This document shows positions 1 through 5,151 of a DNA stretch of 5,402 nucleotides, one piece after another. The notes below the pieces were generated by a model. That model was given only the letters and a program-made list of their open reading frames with translations, had not been told where the DNA came from and made no database searches. The first letter of the stretch is position 1, and each line of letters begins with the position of its first letter. The position numbers were made by a program, and so were the translations under genes. The DNA is from a virus. The DNA is taken from positions 1 through 5,402 of IMG/VR virus record IMGVR_UViG_3300038683_000076. One strand, given 5' to 3'.

Positions 1-17
1 GTTTCCCAGTCACGATC
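1..17 (+). other. Non-biological sequence: random-amplification (SISPA / round A-B) primer B, GTTTCCCAGTCACGATC
   Basis: Bases 1-17 read GTTTCCCAGTCACGATC, identical to the fixed part of the widely used random-PCR primer A (GTTTCCCAGTCACGATC-N9) / primer B. The exact reverse complement closes the window at 5386-5402. Confidence 0.9.
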
Positions 18-143
18 TAAACGAGATGTAGTAGATCCTTCTGGACCTGTTAATCTTCCTACTTTCTGTTCAATTGTTTCCCCTGCAAGCCGTTCCTGGC
101 TTGTCAAGGTACTCCTGTGGTATTTTGGTATTTTATATGCCAT
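18..143 (-). CDS. 5' portion (42 codons) of a small ORF just downstream of VP1, interrupted by the contig end. Conserved gut-microvirus small protein, possibly scaffolding-like.
   Basis: An ATG at 143..141 lies 10 nt (all A) after the VP1 stop. My translation is MAYKIPKYHRSTLTSQERLAGETIEQKVGRLTGPEGSTTSRL, open right up to the primer at base 17. It continues in frame at the other window end if the circle is closed with a 2-nt overlap. Confidence 0.7.
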
Positions 144-155
144 TTTTTTTTTTTT
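143..155. repeat. 13-nt homopolymer (T13 on plus, A13 on the coding strand) spanning the VP1 stop, the spacer and the next ATG
   Basis: The coding strand reads TAAAAAAAAAAAAATG. The VP1 TAA (156..154), ten A, then the ATG (143..141) form one continuous A run. Confidence 0.9.
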
Positions 156-2247
156 ATAAGTTAGGTATTATTTTAGCACTCATTTTTCTTCTTGCCGTTA
201 TTTTATTTGATATTTGAACCCAAAAGTTTTGTGAACTTAGACTCTCTTGTGCAAATATGTAATTATATTTACTTGGGTCTACATACGTTGTTAAGTCTGA
301 AATTCCACTATCTGTATGTTCATATCTTCTGTTTAACGTCATAAACATTTCTTGTTCTTGTTCTGCAAAATTTCCTCTACATTGGTTTACATTACTCATG
401 TAGTTTATCCATGCTGGTTGTTTTCCGTTTGTTTGGAAGTTTACCGTACCGTCTTGTTCTATTTCTGTATCAAACCATGCTAACGTATCCGTTATTTTAT
501 CTTCAAACCCTATTCCGTCTAATGCTGGTTTATGTAGATTATCCAATGTTTTTAGATTCGTATCATATTTATTACCCTGTGAATAGTCTATCAATGGAGT
601 TAATGACACTATCCCTATTATGTAACTTGGTTCACTAACCTTAATATTCATTCTTCCACCTTTGTTCTTCCCTGTCAATCTTCCTCGACCTGCTAGAGTT
701 CCCATTGGCTGTTGTGTTCCTTGTACATCTGTATCAGATAATGACACTACTTCTTCGAATCCTAGTTCTTTTATTAAACTTCCATGGTATACTGGACTCT
801 CTACACTTTTTGCTCTTTCGTGTGTGTACACTGCATCTAGCCAATCATCATATGTCCCACCACTTACTGCTATTCTGTTAAGCATATTATATACTTTCTG
901 ACTTAGGTTTAATGCGTCCATTGTTACTACGTCTGAACCCTCACTATTTTGACTAATTAACACTGCTGATACATCATTTACACCGTTATCACCGTCTAAC
1001 CATTCTGTACTTATCCAATTATTGTTTAAATCTGATTGGTATGTTTTGATCCCTAATCCTTCTTGTGAACCTAGACAGAACGCTTTGTCCCATGTTCCTG
1101 CATTTCCTAACCCCGAACCATATGGCGCTGGGCTTTGTCCGTCTATTACTATTGCTCCTACGTTTCTAACATTTTCTAATAGTTCCATTCGCATATCATC
1201 AATGTTTTTCAACTTAAATTCATGCAATTCTGGTGTACCATATACTGCTGTTTGTTCATTCGGCATTTCTGTGTTTTGTCCTGCGTCATTTAATGCTGGT
1301 ATAACTTCCATATCGCTATCTTCAAAGCTTAATCTCCATGCTCTTGCTAAGATATATAGTTGCCCATTTTCTCCCTCTTCATATTGTAGTGTTATATCTG
1401 CAAACATTTCACTCAATGTGTAATTTTCTCCATTCCATACATACTCTACATCTTCATCGTATAGTGGTGTTCCATGTCTTTCATTTTTATATGCATTTAA
1501 CAATATTTTCATTTCCACGAATGGATTTGACGGGTTAAATCCTGTTACTGGTTCAAGGTTTATATCTATATTATTATTTTGTACTTGAAATGTATCCACT
1601 ATTCCACCTCTACTTACTCCTACTTGTACCCCCTCCATAGTAAATGCTCTTCCGAAATCTCCACCATGTACTACCACTCCAATTCCGTCTCCATCTGTAT
1701 CTGTTTGGTTTTTATTACTATAATAGTTTTTGTATATATCCCAGTAACTTAGTAACGGTATTGCGTTAAATTCTCTATTTATTACATCACCGTCACTTTC
1801 AGCTCTTCCCAGTCCTCTTACGTTTAAGTAACTATATATTGAGCTACTATTTACTTGTGCATTATCTGTTAGGTTTGTTTCATCATATTTTGCATGTAAT
1901 TTATATTGAGGTAGTTTTATTTCTTTCATGTCTAACCCTACTCCCAACATGTTCATGTGTAGTTTTCCGTTATATAGTCTTATTGGACATTCAAACACAT
2001 CTAATTGTACTTTATATCTTCCAAACAGAGGCCCTACTGTTGGCAATGTTTTCACATCACAATTTAAGTCAATATCGAAACTATCGCCTGGTAGTGCTAC
2101 TTCGCTCATGAATGGTACTAATGTACCTGCACTCATTGAGCTTCTCCATATATAACCCAAGTCATGTGTACTACGCGAGTAGTTTTTCATACTTATTTGT
2201 TGTTTTTGTCCCGAACCTAATCGGTCTCCTCCTAGTGTTGTTTTCAT
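154..2247 (-). CDS. VP1: Major capsid protein (Microviridae VP1 / phiX174 F-like), large Alpavirinae-like form
   Basis: A 697-aa uninterrupted ORF. The N-terminus (LGGDRLGSG...NYSRSTHDLGYIWRSSMSAGTLVPFM...LPGDSFDIDL...TLPTVGPLFGRYKVQLDVFECPIRLYN) matches the conserved start of microvirus F/VP1 capsid proteins. The ~700-aa size is typical of gokusho/alpavirus-type capsids with large insertion loops. The start ATG overlaps the upstream ORF stop (TAATG at 2249..2245). Confidence 0.97.
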   Translation of the reverse strand: MKTTLGGDRLGSGQKQQISMKNYSRSTHDLGYIWRSSMSAGTLVPFMSEVALPGDSFDIDLNCDVKTLPTVGPLFGRYKVQLDVFECPIRLYNGKLHMNMLGVGLDMKEIKLPQYKLHAKYDETNLTDNAQVNSSSIYSYLNVRGLGRAESDGDVINREFNAIPLLSYWDIYKNYYSNKNQTDTDGDGIGVVVHGGDFGRAFTMEGVQVGVSRGGIVDTFQVQNNNIDINLEPVTGFNPSNPFVEMKILLNAYKNERHGTPLYDEDVEYVWNGENYTLSEMFADITLQYEEGENGQLYILARAWRLSFEDSDMEVIPALNDAGQNTEMPNEQTAVYGTPELHEFKLKNIDDMRMELLENVRNVGAIVIDGQSPAPYGSGLGNAGTWDKAFCLGSQEGLGIKTYQSDLNNNWISTEWLDGDNGVNDVSAVLISQNSEGSDVVTMDALNLSQKVYNMLNRIAVSGGTYDDWLDAVYTHERAKSVESPVYHGSLIKELGFEEVVSLSDTDVQGTQQPMGTLAGRGRLTGKNKGGRMNIKVSEPSYIIGIVSLTPLIDYSQGNKYDTNLKTLDNLHKPALDGIGFEDKITDTLAWFDTEIEQDGTVNFQTNGKQPAWINYMSNVNQCRGNFAEQEQEMFMTLNRRYEHTDSGISDLTTYVDPSKYNYIFAQESLSSQNFWVQISNKITARRKMSAKIIPNL

Positions 2248-2531
2248 TATTTTTTGTTTTTTGTTTTATCGTTTAACTCATTTAATATCATAAATACTTG
2301 TACTAATCTATTCCATGTCATTTTATTTAGTTCATCTTCTACTTCTTTTCTAGTCTTATACGTTTCTGTTAATCTGTATTGTCCCATAACTCCGAAACTT
2401 TCTTCTTCTATCGTAATTATTGTAAATGGGCTATTTTCCATCTCTTTTCTTACTATTGTTTCACTCCCAGAGTCGTTGTTGTTCACTTCTTTTACACTCG
2501 TTGATAAGTTCTCTAATGTAGTAGTTTCCAT
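2247..2531 (-). CDS. Hypothetical small protein immediately upstream of VP1 (94 aa, or 64 aa from the internal Met at 2441)
   Basis: The stop overlaps the VP1 start by one base (TAATG), which suggests translational coupling. The C-terminal two thirds (SPFTIITIEEESFGVMGQYRLTETYKTRKEVEDELNKMTWNRLVQVFMIL) look like a folded small domain. The N-terminal 30 aa are low-complexity and overlap ORF68, so the ATG at 2441..2439, 17 nt after the ORF68 stop, is an equally plausible start. Confidence 0.6.
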   Translation of the reverse strand: METTTLENLSTSVKEVNNNDSGSETIVRKEMENSPFTIITIEEESFGVMGQYRLTETYKTRKEVEDELNKMTWNRLVQVFMILNELNDKTKNKK

Positions 2532-2667
2532 TTTTTGTAATTGTTTTAGTTGTTTTTAGTTGTTTGTATTTATTGTTTTTGATCTCGTTCTTCTTTATTA
2601 TTTCCCCCGTACATATGTCTACGTAGATGCTTTTTGTTTTCCATTTTAAGCCTTTCTTTTTCTGCAT
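2461..2667 (-). CDS. Hypothetical, strongly basic 68-aa protein (possible DNA-binding/packaging protein)
   Basis: The ORF reads MQKKKGLKWKTKSIYVDICTGEIIKKNEIKNNKYKQLKTTKTITKNGNYYIRELINECKRSEQQRLWE. I count about 18 K/R against 7 D/E. It overlaps ORF81 at its 5' end and ORF94 at its 3' end in different frames, so coding status is uncertain. Confidence 0.4.
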   Translation of the reverse strand: MQKKKGLKWKTKSIYVDICTGEIIKKNEIKNNKYKQLKTTKTITKNGNYYIRELINECKRSEQQRLWE

Positions 2668-2815
2668 CGCTTATATCTTTTCCGTTGAATGGGTTTCTTC
2701 CTGTTTCTTCTTTGTACGTTCTTATTAACTCTTTTACGTTAATGTAGTTTCTCATCTTCATAATTATCTGTATTACTTTAATGATTTTTTTTACTATGAG
2801 TATTACTTTCTTCAT
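2570..2815 (-). CDS. Hypothetical 81-aa protein downstream of Rep (alternative starts at Met19/Met21)
   Basis: This is the first ORF after the Rep stop and has an A-rich leader. The N-terminus MKKVILIVKKIIKVIQIIM is hydrophobic and cationic. The remainder (MRNYINVKELIRTYKEETGRNPFNGKDISDAEKERLKMENKKHLRRHMYGGNNKEERDQKQ) is hydrophilic. I recognise no family. Confidence 0.45.
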   Translation of the reverse strand: MKKVILIVKKIIKVIQIIMKMRNYINVKELIRTYKEETGRNPFNGKDISDAEKERLKMENKKHLRRHMYGGNNKEERDQKQ

Positions 2816-2825
2816 TTTTTGTTTT

Positions 2826-2833
2826 CAAATATA
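2826..2833 (-). promoter_or_regulatory. Bacteroides-type -7 promoter-like motif TATATTTG (TAnnTTTG) between Rep and ORF81
   Basis: Plus-strand caaatata at 2826-2833 is TATATTTG on the coding strand, 10 nt upstream of the ORF81 ATG. No matching -33 TTTG lies at the expected spacing. It would only leave a sensible leader if ORF81 starts at Met19/Met21. Confidence 0.2.
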
Positions 2834-2852
2834 CACTTTTTTTTTTTAGTTC

Positions 2853-3755
2853 CTAATCTTCACTATAAAAAGCGCCGTTAGGCAAGATAACGAGCCCGTT
2901 AGGGTCGTAAGCCATCTTTGGCGCTGGCTCTCCGTATACCTTTTTTATTCTTTCTTTCTTTTTTATATTTCTTCTCTCTTCTTCATATTTCTTTAACTCC
3001 CAATTTTTTTCGTTATTTCCGTATCCTTGTCTTTTATTTATTATTCTAGCTTCTTTTAATGCTCTTTGATAATCTTTTTCATTATCTCCATCTATTTCTT
3101 TTCCTAGCACATATCTTTTATTTTTATCCAATTTTTCTAACCATAATTTTTCTTTTTCTTCTTCACTATATATTTTGTTTCTGTAATATATTGGTAGTGC
3201 TAATTCTAGTCCCTCTCTCGTTTTATACGTTTCTCTTGTTTTATTCTTATTATATCGGTTTCTTTTACTATTCTTAGTCTCAACATATTTTTTCCCGATT
3301 CCTTGGCTTGCAAATATTTTTCCATTATATTCCTTATGATATTTATCTATTTTATTAACATATTTTACTATATAATTTATTGTCTTATTATTTACATACT
3401 CTCCTATATATACTGCTCCGTATTTCCATATTTTTTCAATATCTTCTTTTTCTTTTGTCCATACTATTCCATGCATATGCACTCTTTCTGTATTTTGGTG
3501 TCCTAGTTCTGTTACTAACCAGTGTCTTATGGTTTTTTTATATTTTTTACGCCACCTTTCTGTATATCTTCTTACTGCTATTCGGCATACTTCATTATCA
3601 AGGTTATATCCCGTTAATTCTGTGTTTTCTTTTTCTAGTTTTGTTAATTCTGTGTCACTAAATGTCAATGTCACGAATTGTGCATTTTTATTATGTTTTA
3701 GATCCTCTGTTAATCTTACTTGCCATTGCCTGGCTTTCTGTTTTTTGCATTCCAT
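2853..3755 (-). CDS. VP4: Replication initiation protein (Microviridae VP4 / phiX174 A-like HUH endonuclease), the uninterrupted 300-aa part. The true gene very likely extends to 3877 across a frame change.
   Basis: The rolling-circle Rep motifs appear in order: motif 1 FVTLTF, motif 2 (HUH) VHMHGIVW, motif 3 YIVKYVNK, with two Tyr spaced as in phiX174 A (YVAKYVNK). The same frame is open upstream of the Met at 3755 and there encodes VPVGCGKC, part of the conserved Cys cluster. The ATG at 3755 is therefore probably not the real start. Confidence 0.95.
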   Translation of the reverse strand: MECKKQKARQWQVRLTEDLKHNKNAQFVTLTFSDTELTKLEKENTELTGYNLDNEVCRIAVRRYTERWRKKYKKTIRHWLVTELGHQNTERVHMHGIVWTKEKEDIEKIWKYGAVYIGEYVNNKTINYIVKYVNKIDKYHKEYNGKIFASQGIGKKYVETKNSKRNRYNKNKTRETYKTREGLELALPIYYRNKIYSEEEKEKLWLEKLDKNKRYVLGKEIDGDNEKDYQRALKEARIINKRQGYGNNEKNWELKKYEEERRNIKKKERIKKVYGEPAPKMAYDPNGLVILPNGAFYSED

Positions 3756-3804
3756 ACATTTTCCACACCCTACTGGTACATATAGTACTCTTTGGTCTTT
3801 AACA

Positions 3805-3819
3805 GGGGGTATTACCCCC
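3805..3819. other. GC stem-loop (ggggg-tatta-ccccc) embedded in the Rep 5' region, overlapping the G7/C7 homopolymer
   Basis: Plus-strand 3805-3809 ggggg pairs with 3815-3819 ccccc around the loop tatta. An extra t-a pair is possible, giving a 3-nt loop. It is the only run of consecutive G:C pairs of this kind in an otherwise very AT-rich stretch. Confidence 0.6.
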
Positions 3820-3877
3820 CCATTTTTTTTGTTTCCATGTACTTCCTGTTTTTTATTATTTTAGGATATAAACACAT
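3812..3877 (-). CDS. VP4: 5' segment of the Rep (VP4) gene in a different frame: 21 codons plus TAA, ending in the G7 run
   Basis: An ATG at 3877..3875 directly abuts the VP2 stop (TAAATG). My translation is MCLYPKIIKNRKYMETKKMGG, then TAA (3814..3812). As I recall, MCL-P--IKN--Y is the typical N-terminus of microvirus VP4 proteins. One extra G in the run at 3815-3821, or a -1 slip, joins it to the 300-aa Rep frame. Confidence 0.8.
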   Translation of the reverse strand: MCLYPKIIKNRKYMETKKMGG

Positions 3878-4858
3878 TTATTTAAATGTTATCATTTTCA
3901 TGTAGTCTCCTCCTAGTCCCATTATGTCTCCTATTACTTTAGTTATTGATTTATGCCACATTTCTTTATTTTTCTGACTTATATTTAATTTTCCTAGTTC
4001 TTGAGTTACTGCTACGCTTAATTCTTTTGTCCATGCGTTTTGTTGCATTATATCTGTATTTTTTAGTATGTTATTAAATGCAGCTTCGTAGTTTTCTATA
4101 TCTTTTTGTGTTAGTTCTGTTCCTGTTTCTTTTGATAATGTATTCGCTTTTATTTCTAGTGTTTTTGCAAATTCTTGGTTTAACCAATTTTCATAATTAT
4201 CCTCAAACCGATTATTTTCATTTTTTAATTTTCTTGCTGTTTCTCCTATTATTTCTAAGTTATCATTAAAACTCTCTTTTGCAGTTTCATAGCTTAACTG
4301 TTCTGTTAATCTTTGTAGTTTATTAATTTTTGCTTTTTCTTGTGCACTATCTGTTTCTGCTTTTAACGTTTCATATAACTGCCCTAAGTTTTTTGTTTCT
4401 GCGTCTTTTTTATTTAGATCACCCGATTTTAACCCTGTATCTGTTTTTATGTTTTCTGTTTCTGCTTTCATTCTATCTAATTGTGCTGCTGCCATTAGTC
4501 CTTCTATACCCATTGTTTTCGCTTTTGGTGCTTGTCCACTTGCTGCACTTCCTCCTGTTTGGCTTCCTGTGGTTGTTCCTCCTCCACCTTTCATACCATA
4601 CATTAAGGCTGGGTTCAATCCTGCTTCTTTCATGTGTGCCATTTGATTCCCATAGTTTGTATAGTCCCACATAGCTTTTTGCAATCCATGTCCTTGTTCG
4701 TTTAACGCTTTTTGATTTTTATGTTGCATATCCATTAAATTCTGCGTTCTTTGGTATTCTTGATTTCCTGTTATTAGGTTTTCTATTATTCCTAGTCCTG
4801 CGTTTCCTGCGCTTGACGCTATATCCATGAAATTAAACCCTTGTTCATCTTCTCCCAT
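3878..4858 (-). CDS. VP2: Minor capsid / DNA pilot protein (Microviridae VP2, phiX174 H analogue)
   Basis: A 326-aa ORF with the characteristic block MWDYTNYGNQMAHMKEAGLNPALMYGMKGGGGTTTGSQTGG, followed by a long charged helical or coiled-coil-like region (KAETENIK...KAKINKLQRLTEQL...). Its position between a small ORF and Rep fits gut microvirus architecture. The start overlaps the ORF63 stop (TAATG at 4860..4856). Confidence 0.9.
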   Translation of the reverse strand: MGEDEQGFNFMDIASSAGNAGLGIIENLITGNQEYQRTQNLMDMQHKNQKALNEQGHGLQKAMWDYTNYGNQMAHMKEAGLNPALMYGMKGGGGTTTGSQTGGSAASGQAPKAKTMGIEGLMAAAQLDRMKAETENIKTDTGLKSGDLNKKDAETKNLGQLYETLKAETDSAQEKAKINKLQRLTEQLSYETAKESFNDNLEIIGETARKLKNENNRFEDNYENWLNQEFAKTLEIKANTLSKETGTELTQKDIENYEAAFNNILKNTDIMQQNAWTKELSVAVTQELGKLNISQKNKEMWHKSITKVIGDIMGLGGDYMKMITFK

Positions 4859-5049
4859 TACTTAAATTTTATATTTTTTATATTGTTTTTTATTTTTTCT
4901 ATTCCTTTGAATATTCTGTATTTTGAATATTCGCTTAATTCTTCTTCGCTTATTCTGAACACTAAATCTTCTATCATGTTCAATTCATTTTCTACTATTC
5001 TATAGATTTCTATATTGTTTATCTTATCTTTATTTTCTCTTAGAAACAT
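4858..5049 (-). CDS. Hypothetical 63-aa protein upstream of VP2
   Basis: This is the first ORF after the largest noncoding region, and its stop overlaps the VP2 start by one base (TAATG). The sequence is MFLRENKDKINNIEIYRIVENELNMIEDLVFRISEEELSEYSKYRIFKGIEKIKNNIKNIKFK, helical-looking with an acidic centre and a basic tail. I recognise no family. Confidence 0.55.
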   Translation of the reverse strand: MFLRENKDKINNIEIYRIVENELNMIEDLVFRISEEELSEYSKYRIFKGIEKIKNNIKNIKFK

Positions 5050-5065
5050 TTTTCTCTTTTTTTCG

Positions 5066-5081
5066 CGCTTTATTCAAAGCG
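5066..5081. promoter_or_regulatory. Small hairpin in the leader of ORF63 (cgcttt-attc-aaagcg)
   Basis: A perfect 6-bp inverted repeat, 5066-5071 / 5076-5081, with a 4-nt loop. It lies 17 nt upstream of the ORF63 ATG (5049) and just downstream of the TATAAT box on the coding strand. Confidence 0.3.
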
Positions 5082-5085
5082 TTTT

Positions 5086-5091
5086 ATTATA
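5086..5091 (-). promoter_or_regulatory. -10-like hexamer TATAAT on the coding strand in the main noncoding region
   Basis: Plus-strand attata at 5086-5091 is TATAAT on the minus strand, about 37 nt upstream of the ORF63 ATG. I found no convincing -35 at 17-nt spacing. If the host is Bacteroidota, the relevant consensus (TAnnTTTG) differs. Confidence 0.2.
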
Positions 5092-5134
5092 CTTGATATA
5101 TATGAACAAATGCGTACCACTAGTTTAAAAAGTT

Positions 5135-5151
5135 AGGGGAATAGATCCCCT
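5135..5151 (-). terminator. Candidate intrinsic terminator or structural hairpin after the junction-spanning ORF
   Basis: The stem is agggga (5135-5140) / tcccct (5146-5151) with the 5-nt loop ataga. On the coding strand it starts 10 nt after the TAA at 5164..5162 and is followed by AACTTTTTAAA. On the plus strand it is followed by a longer T tract (ttc then t9), so it has a bidirectional terminator-like shape. Confidence 0.35.

Noticed and set aside
3753-3755. ATG at 3755 as the genuine Rep start codon (MECKKQ...).
   Set aside because: The frame is open for 35 codons upstream and there encodes the first half of the conserved Cys cluster (VPVGCGKC-M-EC). A canonical MCLYP... N-terminus with a coupled start sits at 3877 in the neighbouring frame. 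An A*-like internal initiation at 3755 cannot be excluded, but it is not the main start.
3805-3821. CRESS-DNA-virus-type origin (stem-loop with the nonamer core GTATTAC).
   Set aside because: Only 7 of 9 nonamer positions match. The motif lies on the strand antisense to the genes, the loop is only 3-5 nt, and the AC is in the stem rather than in a 9-13 nt loop. It is kept only as a remark under the hairpin finding.
411-4674. Fourteen plus-strand ORFs in the supplied track (411..638, 662..901, 1022..1423, 1338..1538, 1839..2111, 1928..2155, 2254..2559, 3059..3277, 3303..3506, 3380..3661, 3529..3864, 4078..4269, 4330..4674, 4449..4646).
   Set aside because: All lie antisense to strongly supported minus-strand genes (VP1, Rep, VP2, small ORFs). 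Their translations are low-complexity Leu/Phe/Ser/Ile/Tyr strings, as expected from reading a T-rich antisense strand, and they overlap one another. None has a recognisable motif. Microviridae genomes are transcribed from one strand only.
5086-5134. A full sigma-70 type promoter (TTGTTC ... TATAAT) upstream of ORF63.
   Set aside because: The only TTG-containing -35 candidate is 12 nt from the TATAAT, far from the 16-18 nt optimum. The hexamers at correct spacing (CGCATT/ACGCAT) are poor, and TA-rich hexamers are expected by chance in this composition. Only the -10-like box is listed, at low confidence.
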